A stretch of DNA of 64,000 nucleotides from Armatimonadota bacterium (GTDB lineage Bacteria; Armatimonadota; SYMT01): positions 464,332 to 528,331 of the forward strand of contig JAWLHY010000002.1 of the NCBI GenBank assembly GCA_041690135.1, given 5' to 3'. Within the stretch, counting starts at the first letter, position 1; each line of letters opens with the position of its first letter. A program made the translations under genes and the position numbers. Positions 8,342 through 18,900 of this stretch are shown in pieces. Under the pieces are notes generated by a model that searched no databases, had not been told where the DNA came from, and saw nothing but the letters and a program-made list of their open reading frames with translations.

Positions 8342-10429
8342 ATGAGTGCAAACACCCCCGCAGAAACTCCGTACCCGCCCCGGGAAGCGCTCCGGGTCCC
8401 GGAGCTTCCCACTCCGAGCTGGGGGCTGGGGGGCTGGCTGTACCGCGGGGGCTCGCCGGAGCATGCCGCCCACGTGGATGATCAGGCGCGGCCGTGGTAC
8501 CTCGTCCTGTGGCTCACCGGAGTCGACTACTTCTCCACCCTGGGTTACCAGCCGGGGATCGCGCTGCTCGCGGCGGGCGCGCTCTCTCCCGTGGCCACCC
8601 TCATCCTGATCCTGGTGACGCTCTTCGGCGCGCTGCCGGTCTACGCCCAGGTGGCCCGCCATTCCTACAGCGGCCAGGGGTCCATCGCCATGCTGGAGCG
8701 ACTCCTCTCCGGCTGGCGGAGCAAGCTCTTCGTGCTGGTGCTCCTCGGTTTTGCCGCGACCGATTTCGTTATCACCATGACCCTCTCCGCGGCCGACGCC
8801 GCCGTGCACCTGGTGGAGAACCCGCTGGTGGCGGAGTACCTGCACGGTGGTCAGTTGTGGATCACGCTGGCGCTCCTCGCCCTACTCGCGGGAGTTTTCT
8901 TGAAGGGGTTCCGGGAGGCGATCGGCCTGGCCGCCCTGATCGGCATCCCTTACATCCTGTTGAACCTGCTGGTGGTCATCCGTGGCGGCATCGAGATTGC
9001 CCGGCACCCGGAGTACCTCCAGGCCTGGACCTCCGCCCTCGCGGTGCAGGGGGATTGGAGCGCCGTGGTGCTGGTGGCGGCCCTGGTGTTTCCCAAGCTG
9101 GCACTGGGGCTCAGCGGGTTCGAGACCGGCGTGGCCGTTATGCCGCTGGTAAAGGGGGACCCAGACGACCGCCGCTGGCCCTTGCCGGTGGGGCGGATCC
9201 AGAGCAGCCGGAAGTTGCTGGCCGCCGCCGCGCTGATCATGAGCGTGATGCTGCTGACGACCAGCCTCGTCACCACGCTGCTGGTGCCGGAAACGGCCTA
9301 TCGAGAAGGGGGGCCCGCGGCGGGTCGAGTGATGGCGTACGTCGCCCACCGGCTGATGGGTGACTTCGTTGGTACCATCTACGACATCTCCACGATCCTG
9401 ATTCTCTGGTTCGCGGGCGCTTCGGCGATGGCGGGGCTGTTGAACCTCGTTCCCCGGTACCTGCCGCGCCTGGGAATGGCTCCCCGCTGGGTAGCCTACG
9501 TGCGGCCGCTGGTGTTGATTCTCTTTGCCATCAACGTGATCGTGACGCTCGTCTTCCGGGCGGAGGTGGAAGCGCAGGCGGGGGCCTACGCGACCGGGGT
9601 GTTGTTCCTGATCTTTTCGGCGTCCGTCGCCGTGACACTGGCGCTCTGGCGCGAGGCCCGTGAGGGCCCTTCCGCCGCCGTGACGCCGGCTCTGGCGGTG
9701 AAGGGGCTGGCGGAGCCGGAAGACCCAACCGGCATCCGCCCACGACGGTTCCCATGGGGAGCCATCTACTTCGGCGGCATCAGCCTGGTGTTCTTTTACA
9801 CCCTGGCCCAGAACATTCACGAGCGTCCGGACGGCATCATCATTGCCTCGGTCTTCATTGCCGGCATCATTCTCCTCAGCCTGATCTCCCGGTACCGCCG
9901 GTCCACGGAACTGCGGGTCGAGCGGATCGACCTCGCCGATGCGGAGTCGTGCCGGCTGTGGGAGTCCATGCTGGGCAAGAAGGTCAACCTGGTTCCGATC
10001 AAGCACTGTACGGCCGAGGGAATCCGGAGCAAGACCGAGGAGATCCGCAATTACTACCGGGTCGAGGGACCGCTTGCCCTCCTCCACGTGCGGCTCCGTG
10101 ACGACCGGAGCGACTTCTCCGGCGAGTTGTCCGTTGCGGTCACGCGTGTGGGCGACGACTATCTCATCCTGGTGGATGGCGCCGTCGCCATCGCCAACAC
10201 CATCGCCTACCTCAGTGAACTGCTCGACCCCATCAGTGTCTTCCTGGGGTTGACGCGCCAGAATACGGTGGCGCAGGCGATCCGCTTTCTCCTCTGGGGC
10301 GAGGGAGAGACCGGCATCCGGGTCTATGAGGTCCTCCTGCGACACTGGGAGGAGACCCCCGAGGACGACGTACGCCCGCGCATCTTCCTGATCAGTGACG
10401 GCTCCGAACCGGCAACGACCGGCGCTTAG
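8342..10429 (+). CDS. APC-family amino acid/cation transporter
   Basis: About 12 TM segments; 'LTGVDYFSTLGYQPGIA', 'FPKLALGLSGFETGV'. Confidence 0.88.
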   Translation: MSANTPAETPYPPREALRVPELPTPSWGLGGWLYRGGSPEHAAHVDDQARPWYLVLWLTGVDYFSTLGYQPGIALLAAGALSPVATLILILVTLFGALPVYAQVARHSYSGQGSIAMLERLLSGWRSKLFVLVLLGFAATDFVITMTLSAADAAVHLVENPLVAEYLHGGQLWITLALLALLAGVFLKGFREAIGLAALIGIPYILLNLLVVIRGGIEIARHPEYLQAWTSALAVQGDWSAVVLVAALVFPKLALGLSGFETGVAVMPLVKGDPDDRRWPLPVGRIQSSRKLLAAAALIMSVMLLTTSLVTTLLVPETAYREGGPAAGRVMAYVAHRLMGDFVGTIYDISTILILWFAGASAMAGLLNLVPRYLPRLGMAPRWVAYVRPLVLILFAINVIVTLVFRAEVEAQAGAYATGVLFLIFSASVAVTLALWREAREGPSAAVTPALAVKGLAEPEDPTGIRPRRFPWGAIYFGGISLVFFYTLAQNIHERPDGIIIASVFIAGIILLSLISRYRRSTELRVERIDLADAESCRLWESMLGKKVNLVPIKHCTAEGIRSKTEEIRNYYRVEGPLALLHVRLRDDRSDFSGELSVAVTRVGDDYLILVDGAVAIANTIAYLSELLDPISVFLGLTRQNTVAQAIRFLLWGEGETGIRVYEVLLRHWEETPEDDVRPRIFLISDGSEPATTGA

Positions 10430-10692
10430 GGTCTGTCAAGAAATTACCGTTTCGTTACGCCCAGCCGACGAAGGTTTACGCCCCGAGGGGGTGTCGGCTT
10501 CGCCATTTGTAGGCGTGAGTTTACTCGCCCAACTGTAGCGCCTGTTTTATGGCAGCCCCGTAGCGGGCGATTTCTTCCCGAATCGCCCGTAACCCTTTCC
10601 CCGGTTCGCCGGTCACAGGAGATAGCTAACGCAATCGGTGCAATGGATGCGGCATCCGGCATGCCGGCGCGACATGGGTTGGAGGGGGACTG

Positions 10693-13563
10693 GTGAAGTA
10701 TCGAAGCGCGTCAGTTCTTACGGGAGCGATCGCAGCCTCCGGGCTGCTCTCGGCGGCTCTGCCCGCGTCGGCAGCCCCGCGGCGCGTCTCCTCCAGCGCA
10801 CGCAAGGCGCCGGCAAGCCCCCGCAACTCCAAAGCGACAGCGCGGAAACCGGTGTCCCGGAAGCCCGCGCCTCGCAAGCGCACTCCACTGGCCATGCCGG
10901 CGGGGCCGGTACTGGAGGCGCTCCAGATCCAACCAGCAACCGTGACCCTGGAGGGCCGCCGTGCCCAGCAACTGCTGGTGGTCACCGGCCGGTACTCCGA
11001 CGGCTCCCTTCGGGACCTTTCCACGCAGGTGAAGTACGCCACGGACCAGGCGCGGGTGGCCGCCATCTCAGCCACGGGTCTCGTCAAACCCGTGGCGGAC
11101 GGGGAGACGGTGGTCAAGGCCTACTTGGGGAAGATCGGCGCCAAGGTTCCGGTAACGGTGGCCGCGGCGGCCGACTCGGCGCCTCCCAGCTTCATGCGGG
11201 ACGTGGTGCCGGTGTTGACCCAGGCCGGCTGCAACTCGCTCTCCTGCCACGGCTCGCCGGTGGGGAAGGCCGGGTTCAAGCTCTCGATGTACGGCTTCGA
11301 GCCGAACCTCGACTTCGAGGCGATCGTGAAGCAGGAGCGGTCCGTGCCGGAGAAGGGGAAGCGGATCGACCTCGCCGCGGCGAACCGCAGCTTGTTCCTG
11401 ATCAAGCCGACCATGCAGACGCCCCACCAGGGCGGCATGCGGTTCAAGATCGGCTCCCCGGAGTACCGCACCCTGGAAGCCTGGCTGAAGTCCGGCGCGC
11501 CGATGGACCCGCTCGACCCGCTGCCGGTCGTCACTCGCGTGGAAGTGCTGCCGGCGGAGCGGGTGCTGCCGAAGGCCGGCGCGAAGCAGCGCCTGGTGGT
11601 GATGGCGCATTACTCGGACGGCACGGCTGAGGACGTGACCCACAAGGCGATCTACGCCAGTAACGACGACTCGGTGGCGACTCCCGACCCGGAAGGCGTC
11701 ACCGCGGCCGGAGTGGGGGAGACGATCGTCCTCGCCCGCTACCTGGGGCGGGTCGGCACGGCGCAGTTCCTCATCCCCCAGCCGGATCCGGTGACGGACC
11801 GCGACTACACGGGTTTCCAGCCGGTCAACTTCATCGACCAGTTGACGCTGGCGAAGTGGAAGAAGATGCGGTTCGTCCCCTCCGAGCCCGCCACGGACGC
11901 CGAGTTCCTCCGCCGCGTCTCCCTGGACCTCACCGGCACCCTGCCCACCGCCGACGAGACGCGCGCGTTCCTGGCAGCGTGTGATGCGGAACGCCGGGTT
12001 GGTGCCTCGAGCAAAGCGCACGGGAGCAGTGGGGCCGGGGGGCCTGGTGAACAGAACAGGTACGGGTTGACAGAACGCAGGGGGGTAGGGGGGCAGAGAG
12101 CGGGGGAGAGACAGGCTCTGCGCACCGCAGCAGCCCGTGATCCCCAGGGTTCCCCTTACGCAATACGCAATACGCAATACGCAGCGGGTTCCCAATACGC
12201 AATACGTAACACGCAGTACGCAGACCCCGGAACCACCGCGCCCGCCCTGAAGACGCGTGCCAAGCTGGTCGAAGAACTCCTGAACCGCCCCGAATACGCC
12301 GACTGGTGGACCCTCTTCTGGGGCGACAACCTGCGGAACAACAGCCGCCTGATCCAGGCCAACGGCGCGAAAGCCTACCGGGACTGGATCCACAAGAACG
12401 TGGCGGAGAACCGGCCCTACAACGAGTTCGTCCGCGAACTGGTGACCGCCCGCGGCAAGAACTTCAGCAACGGCGCCGTGAACTTCTTCCGCGTGGCGCG
12501 CAACGCCCAGGAGCAGGCCGAGCAGACGGCGCAGGTCTTCCTGGGGGTCCGTCTCCAGTGCGCCAACTGCCACAACCACCCTTCGGAGAAGTGGACCCGC
12601 ACGAGCTACCACCGGTTCGCGGCCCTGTTCTCGAAGACGACTTCGAAGAACGTCGGCAAGGGGGAGGTCGAGATCCTGGCCAACCCCAAGGGGTCCTACC
12701 GCAGCCCCATCACCAACCGTCCCCTGGAGCCGGCCGTGCTGGAGGACAGCCCGCCCGACATGCCGGAAGACCGGGACTACCGCGAGGTCCTGGGCGAATG
12801 GCTGGTAAGCCCCGAGAACCCGCTCTTCGCCCGCAACCTGGTGAACCGCGTCTGGGCGCAGCTCTTCGGGAAGGGGATCATCGACCCCGTCGACGACGTC
12901 CGCGTCACCAACCCGCCGGTAAACGAGGCGCTCCTCGACGCGCTGGCCCGCGATTTCGTGGCGCACAACTACGACGTGAAGCACCTGCTGCGGACCATCG
13001 TCAGCTCGCGCACCTACCAGCTATCCGTCCGGGCCAACCGGTGGAATGGGAAGGACCGCCAGAATTTCTCACGGGCCTACCACCGCCGGCTCAAGGCGGA
13101 AGCCCTGCTGGATGCGTACTGCCAGGTAACGGACCAGCCGGAGAGCTACCGCGGCCACCCGGCCGGAACCCGCGCCATCCAGTTGGTCGACAACCGGGTC
13201 GCCAGTTACTTCATGGACATCTTCGGCCGGCCCCGGCGCGAGGTGGTCTGCGCCTGCGAGCGAGAGGAGACGGCCACCCTGACCCAGGCCCTCCACCTGA
13301 TCAACGGCGACACGCTCAACCGGAAGATCGCCGCCTCGAAAGGGAGAGTCGCGAGCCTGCTGGACCCCGCCGCCAACCCGCCGTGGTCCGATGCAGCCGT
13401 GGTCGAGGAGCTGTACCTTGGGTCGCTCAACCGGTTCCCTACGCCGGAGGAGAGTGCGGAGGCGGTCCGGCAGATCGAGGCCGCCGGCAAGGAGCGCCGC
13501 GCCGCTGTTGAGGACCTGCTCTGGGTCCTGCTCAATTCCACGGAATTCCAGTTCAATCACTGA
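10693..13563 (+). CDS. DUF1549/DUF1553 (PSCyt2/PSD1) protein with Ig-like (Big_2) domains; carries an in-frame insertion at ~11977-12249
   Basis: Signal peptide, 'AGCNSLSCHG', '[15 protein letters not shown]', 'QCANCHNHP', 'NPLFARNLVNRVW', C-terminal 'LLNSTEFQFNH'. Confidence 0.92.
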   Translation: MKYRSASVLTGAIAASGLLSAALPASAAPRRVSSSARKAPASPRNSKATARKPVSRKPAPRKRTPLAMPAGPVLEALQIQPATVTLEGRRAQQLLVVTGRYSDGSLRDLSTQVKYATDQARVAAISATGLVKPVADGETVVKAYLGKIGAKVPVTVAAAADSAPPSFMRDVVPVLTQAGCNSLSCHGSPVGKAGFKLSMYGFEPNLDFEAIVKQERSVPEKGKRIDLAAANRSLFLIKPTMQTPHQGGMRFKIGSPEYRTLEAWLKSGAPMDPLDPLPVVTRVEVLPAERVLPKAGAKQRLVVMAHYSDGTAEDVTHKAIYASNDDSVATPDPEGVTAAGVGETIVLARYLGRVGTAQFLIPQPDPVTDRDYTGFQPVNFIDQLTLAKWKKMRFVPSEPATDAEFLRRVSLDLTGTLPTADETRAFLAACDAERRVGASSKAHGSSGAGGPGEQNRYGLTERRGVGGQRAGERQALRTAAARDPQGSPYAIRNTQYAAGSQYAIRNTQYADPGTTAPALKTRAKLVEELLNRPEYADWWTLFWGDNLRNNSRLIQANGAKAYRDWIHKNVAENRPYNEFVRELVTARGKNFSNGAVNFFRVARNAQEQAEQTAQVFLGVRLQCANCHNHPSEKWTRTSYHRFAALFSKTTSKNVGKGEVEILANPKGSYRSPITNRPLEPAVLEDSPPDMPEDRDYREVLGEWLVSPENPLFARNLVNRVWAQLFGKGIIDPVDDVRVTNPPVNEALLDALARDFVAHNYDVKHLLRTIVSSRTYQLSVRANRWNGKDRQNFSRAYHRRLKAEALLDAYCQVTDQPESYRGHPAGTRAIQLVDNRVASYFMDIFGRPRREVVCACEREETATLTQALHLINGDTLNRKIAASKGRVASLLDPAANPPWSDAAVVEELYLGSLNRFPTPEESAEAVRQIEAAGKERRAAVEDLLWVLLNSTEFQFNH

Positions 13564-13575
13564 AGGACTTACCAC

Positions 13576-14895
13576 ATGAGAAACCTGGTTCTTAATCGCC
13601 GGGCTTCGGCGAACTGCGAGGGAGTGAGTCGCCGGGACCTGCTGCGGGTCGGCACGCTGGGGGCATTCGGGCTGTCGCTGCCGGAATTCCTCCGGATGCG
13701 CCAGGCGGCCGCGGACAGCAAGAAGGCGGTCCGCGACCGCAATTGCATCCTGCTGTTCATGAACGGCGGCCCCTCGCACATCGATACCTGGGACCCCAAG
13801 CCCGACGCGCCCGCCGAGTACCGGGGCGAGTTCAATCCGATCTCCCCCAGCGGCGCGGAGTTCCAGATCAGCGAGCACCTGCCCCGGATGGCGGAGGTCG
13901 GCAACCGGTTCTCCGTGGTGCGGTCGCTCACCAGCCCGGAGGGAAGCCACGAGCGGGCCTGCCACTACATGCTCACCGGCTACCGGATCCTGCCGACCCT
14001 GGAGTATCCCGCCTACGGCTCCGTGATCCTGAAGGAGAAGGGCTTCAAGTCGAGCCTGCCGCCGTACATCGCCATCCCCTCCACCCTGCGCGGCGGCACT
14101 CCCGGCTACCTCGGCACGGTTTACCAGCCGTTCTCCGTCGGCAGCCCGAGCAGCAAGGATGGCTCGATCAGCGTCCGGGACGTGAATTCACCCGTGGGAG
14201 ATGCCCGGATGCGTGCCCGCGCCGAGCTTCTCCGCCGCCGCGACGCCGCCTTCCGGAACGAGGACCCGGACGGCACCCTGGCCACGCTGGACGAGTACTA
14301 CCAGCGCGCCTACGACCTGGTGAACTCTTCGGCCGCGAAGAAGGCGTTCGACCTCTCAACCGAGCCGGACGCGCTGAAGGACCGCTACGGCCGGCACAGC
14401 TTCGGGATGGGATGCCTGCTGGCCCGCCGCCTGATCGAGGCGGGGACCCGCTTCGTCACGATCTCGCTCGGCGGCTGGGACACTCACAGCAAGAACTTCC
14501 CGAACCTGCGCGATAAGCAGTTGCCGCCGCTCGACGCCGGCTTCGCCTCCCTGATCGAGGACCTTTCCGACCGCGGCCTGCTGGACGACACGCTGGTCGT
14601 CTGGATGGGCGAGTTCGGCCGGACCCCCAAGATCAACAAGAACGCCGGCCGCGACCACTACCCCAAGTGCCAGAGCGTGGTCTTCGCCGGCGGCGGCACC
14701 CCGGGCGGCCAGGCCATCGGCCGGAGCGACAAAACGGCGAGTCTCCCCGAGGAGCGCCCCGTCACCCCGGAAGACATGGCCGCCACGATCTACAGCATCC
14801 TCGGCATCGACGGCCACAAGACCTACACCACCTCCACCGGCCGTCCCATCCGTATTGCGGAGAAAGGTGAAGTTATCAACGAGTTGACAGGCTAA
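13576..14895 (+). CDS. DUF1501 family protein
   Basis: 'SRRDLLRVG', 'GGPSHIDTWDPKP', 'GWDTH', 'GEFGRTP', 'GRDH'. Confidence 0.95.
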   Translation: MRNLVLNRRASANCEGVSRRDLLRVGTLGAFGLSLPEFLRMRQAAADSKKAVRDRNCILLFMNGGPSHIDTWDPKPDAPAEYRGEFNPISPSGAEFQISEHLPRMAEVGNRFSVVRSLTSPEGSHERACHYMLTGYRILPTLEYPAYGSVILKEKGFKSSLPPYIAIPSTLRGGTPGYLGTVYQPFSVGSPSSKDGSISVRDVNSPVGDARMRARAELLRRRDAAFRNEDPDGTLATLDEYYQRAYDLVNSSAAKKAFDLSTEPDALKDRYGRHSFGMGCLLARRLIEAGTRFVTISLGGWDTHSKNFPNLRDKQLPPLDAGFASLIEDLSDRGLLDDTLVVWMGEFGRTPKINKNAGRDHYPKCQSVVFAGGGTPGGQAIGRSDKTASLPEERPVTPEDMAATIYSILGIDGHKTYTTSTGRPIRIAEKGEVINELTG

Positions 14896-14923
14896 CCGTA
14901 CTCCTAACTGCGTTTCGCCCGTG

Positions 14924-14969
14924 GGCTCCCCCTCTCTGCGTCGGAGAGGGGGCGGGGGGTGAGGTTACT
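14924..14969. repeat. Palindromic dispersed repeat (CTCCCCCTCTC...GAGAGGGGG...GGGGTGAGG), copy 1
   Basis: Nearly identical copy at 25512-25558 (one indel). Confidence 0.85.
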
Positions 14970-15073
14970 TTGGTCACCGCAGCCGTTAAAGGTAAACCCC
15001 ATTCCATCACTCGCCCATTCGCCCAGCCTCGGTCCCCATCAATTCGCGTCCATTCGTCCCATTCGCGGATCGC

Positions 15074-15889
15074 TCAGGCCCGGAAACCCAGCAGCCGCGC
15101 GAGGTTGAGTCCCTTGACCTTGGCCCGGTCCGCTTCGGAGTACTCCGGCATGTGCGCGTCCACGATGCTCGGGCTACCGCTCCCCCACACCAGGCGGTCC
15201 GGCCCGAACTCCCGGATCACCCGCCGGGTGAAGGGCCGGGCGCTTGCGTAATGGGGGGCGTCGGTCGCGAAGTGGTTGAGGCCGGAGAGCTTCATATAAA
15301 CGTTGGGGAGAGACGCCAGCTCGAGCACGTCCGCGTACTCCACCGCGTCCCCCATGTGCGGTTCGGCCAGGTGGTCGATCAGGACGGTGCACCCTGGAAA
15401 CGCCCGGATCGCCTCCCCGGCTTGCCGGGCATAGTTCGGCCCGATGTGCAGCTCCACGATGAGGCCCAGGTCCACCGCCGTCCCCCAGAGCGCCCGCACG
15501 CCGGTGTCCGCGAAGCTGTGCAGGTACATCTCCTTGCCGCGGTGAGCGTGGAACCGCATGGCGACCATCCGCGGCTCCCGCGCCGCGAGATCCCGCAGCT
15601 TACGCGGGGCGTCCGGGTCGTCGGGGTAGTAGAGGAAGGTGCCGCGCAGGCGCTCCGGCTCACGTTCCAGGCATTCCAGAATCAGCCGGTGGTCGTCCCC
15701 GTAGGGCTCCGGGTGCACGATCACCGCCCGGTCGATCCCCTCCCGCTCCATCCGCTCCAGGTAGGCGCCCAGCGGGTCCGCGGGTTGCTCCGACACGTCC
15801 GGTCGGTACGCGGCACGAGGGTGGAATGGGTATCGCTCCAGGTCCGGGCTGAAGATGTGAGCATTCCATTCGATGATCATCGAGCTCAT
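15074..15889 (-). CDS. Amidohydrolase family (Amidohydro_2-like) protein
   Basis: 'IIEWNAHIF', 'LIDHLAEP', 'NVYMKLSG', 'FGPDRLVWGS'. Confidence 0.88.
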   Translation of the reverse strand: MSSMIIEWNAHIFSPDLERYPFHPRAAYRPDVSEQPADPLGAYLERMEREGIDRAVIVHPEPYGDDHRLILECLEREPERLRGTFLYYPDDPDAPRKLRDLAAREPRMVAMRFHAHRGKEMYLHSFADTGVRALWGTAVDLGLIVELHIGPNYARQAGEAIRAFPGCTVLIDHLAEPHMGDAVEYADVLELASLPNVYMKLSGLNHFATDAPHYASARPFTRRVIREFGPDRLVWGSGSPSIVDAHMPEYSEADRAKVKGLNLARLLGFRA

Positions 15890-15985
15890 AGACTACCTTT
15901 TGTTTCTCTCCGTTCGATCCAAACTCGCGCAACCGGTCGCACGACGGGGTGTCAGAAGCGCCGTCACTTCCTGGAGAGTGTTCCA

Positions 15986-18900
15986 ATGGCGGAGCGCGAA
16001 GGCACAACCTGGCGAACGGCCGCGGCGGCAGGCGTGATCCTGGTGCTTCCGGCCTCGCTGGCCCTGGTTTCGGGCGCCCGAGCCGCGGCCCCGGCGGTCT
16101 CTCCAAGCGCTTCTCCTTCGCAGCCGCGGACGGCGCCTGTTGCCCCGGTAGATTTCAACCGCGACGTTCGCCCGCTCCTCTCCGAAAACTGCTTCACCTG
16201 CCACGGCCCGGACGCGAACCAGCGACAGGGCAACCTGCGGCTTGACCTGCGCGAGGGGGCGCTCGCGGACCTGGGTGGGCGCCGGGCCGTGGTTCCCGGC
16301 CAGCCGGCCCGAAGCGAGCTGCTGCGCCGGCTCCTGACCCACGACGCCGACCTGCGGATGCCGCCGGCCGCCACGGGAAAGCGCCTCACGACGGCCCAGG
16401 TGGAGACGCTCCGGCGCTGGATCGCGCAGGGAGCGAAGTGGCAGCAGCACTGGTCGCTGATCCCGCCGGTCCGGCCGCCGCTGCCCGCGGTGAAGCAGAA
16501 GAGTTGGCCCCGGAACGCCCTGGATACCTTCGTGCTGGCGCGCCTGGAGCGGGAGGGCTTGAAGCCGTCCCCGGAGGCGGACCGCGCCACGCTGATCCGG
16601 CGGGTGTCCCTGGACCTGACCGGTATCCCGCCCACGCCGCGGGAAGTGGACGCGTTCCTGGCCGACCGCTCCCCGGATGCCTATGAGAAGGTGGTCGGCC
16701 GCCTGCTGGCCTCACCCCGGTTCGGCGAGCGGATGGCGGCGCGGTGGCTGGATGCGGCGCGGTATGCGGACACCAACGGTTACCAGAGCGACGGCGAGCG
16801 GCACATGTGGCGCTGGCGGGACTGGGTCATCGACGCCTACAACCAGGACATGCCGTACGATCGCTTTACGGTGGAGCAGATCGCCGGGGACCTCCTGCCC
16901 AACGCCACCCTGGAGCAAAAGATCGCCAGCGGCTTCAACCGGAACCACCGGGGCAACGGCGAGGGCGGCATCATCCCGGAAGAGTACCTGGTGGAGTACG
17001 CGGTGGACCGGGTGGAGACCACCAGCACCGTATTCCTGGGGCTCACCATGGGCTGCGCGCGCTGCCACGACCACAAGTACGATCCGCTCACCCAGCGCGA
17101 CTTTTACCGGTTCTACGCCTACTTCAACAACATCCCGGAGCGCGGGCGGGCGAACAAGTTCGGCAACTCGCCGCCGATGATCCCGGCCCCCACGCGCGAG
17201 CAACAGGCCGGCCTCACCCGGCTGGAGCAGCGGCTGGCGCGGGCGGAACAGCAGTTCCAGGAGCTCTCGAGCCAGCGCACGGCACAACAGCAGGCTTGGG
17301 AACGGACCCTGGCCGGAGCGGAGATCCTCGACTGGAGCCCGACCGATGAGCTGGAATGCCGGTTCGGTCTCGACGGTGACGCCCGACCCGAGGGGATTCC
17401 GCCGCAGCGTGGCCCGCTCCAGCCGCGCTTCGTGGATGGGGAGGCGGTGTTCGGTCCCGGTAGGGTCGGCCGGGCGCCGCAGTTCGATGGGCGCCGCTTC
17501 GTCGAGGCGGGTAACCTGGGGGACTTCGGCTTCTACGACCGGTTCACGCTGGCAGCCTGGTTCCGGGCCGACGACGCACAGGGGGGCACGATCCTCTCCC
17601 GGATGACCGATACGGCTCGGGCGGACGGCTACAGCGTGGTGCTGAAGGACGGCCGAATCCAGGTGAACCTGGTGAAGCGCTGGCTCGACGACGCTCTGCG
17701 ATTGGAAACAGAGACCGCCGTGCGTCCGGGCGAGTGGCATCACGTGGCCGTGACCTACGACGGCACGCGCGTGGGGACGGGGGTGAAGGTCTACCTCGAC
17801 GGGGTGCCGGTGAAGACGCGCCTCCTCCTCGACGAGTTGAACCAGTCGTTCAACAATCAGGAACCGCTGCGCATCGGGGCGGGCGGCGGGCCGAATGGGC
17901 GCTTCCGGGGCCAGATCGACGAAGTGCACGTCTACCGCCGCGTCCTCGACCCGGAAGAAGCGGCGATGCTGGCCGTCCCGGAGACGGTGACCGCCATTAC
18001 CACCGTGCCGGCGCGGATGCGGAACCCCTCGCAGGTCGCCAAGATCGCCAACTGCTACCTGGAGCGATACGCCCCCGAGCCGCTGCGCAAGAACCGCGAG
18101 GAAGTGATCCGGCTGCGCAAGGAGCGGGCCCGGATGATCGACTCCTTCCCGACCGTGATGGTGATGGAAGAGAAGCCGGTCCCGGCGGAGACGTTTGTCC
18201 TGATCCGCGGCCAGTACGACAGGCCGGGTGAAAAGGTCACGCGCGGGGTGCCGGCCAGCCTCCCTCCGCTGCCCGGAGCGGGCCGGAACGACCGCCTCGC
18301 CCTGGCGCGCTGGCTCGTCAGCCCCAACCACCCGCTCACCGCCCGCGTCGCCGTCAACCGCACCTGGCAGATGCTCTTCGGCGCCGGCCTGGTGAAAACC
18401 GCGGAAGACTTCGGCTCCCAGGGCGCCCTGCCCTCGCACCCGGAACTGCTGGATTATTTGGCAGTTCGCTTTGCCGGAGGCGCCGTGGAGGACAAGCCGG
18501 CTACGGTGACCCAAGCGCAAGGGGGTAAGGGTGCAGGGCGGAGGGGAGAGGGAGAGGCGGTTGCCCAGAACCGGTACGGCTTGGCCGCACGCAAGGACCC
18601 AGGGGAGAAGGGAGGTAGGGGTAACCGAAATCTGCGAACCGCAGCTGCTTCTGACCCCAGAGGTTCGCATTACCGGGTGCCCACTGGGCGACGCAATACG
18701 CAATACACGGCTGATTCGCGATCATCCTTCATCCTTCATCCTTCATCCTTCCGAACAGGCCCCCGATCCCCAGCCCCCAACCCCGGCGAAGGCCTGGGTT
18801 GGAGCACCAAGGCGCTCCTCCGCCTCATCGTCACCAGCGCCACCTATCGCCAGTCGTCGCGGGTGACGCCGGATCTGCTGGAGCGAGATCCCGAGAACCG

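Noticed and set aside
10427-10445. IS5-like terminal repeat (TAGGGTCTGTC)
   Set aside because: No matching inverted end or transposase fragment was found.
11977-12249. Intein or self-splicing intron explanation for the in-frame inserts
   Set aside because: There is no HINT block and no His-Asn/Cys-Ser-Thr C-terminal junction. The inserts are too short and low-complexity, and no group I/II core is recognisable. RNA-level removal is not excluded, but nothing supports it.
15152-15985. N-terminal 278-aa extension of the 1463-aa ORF
   Set aside because: It is the antisense shadow of the amidohydrolase gene. The signal peptide starts after ATG 15986.
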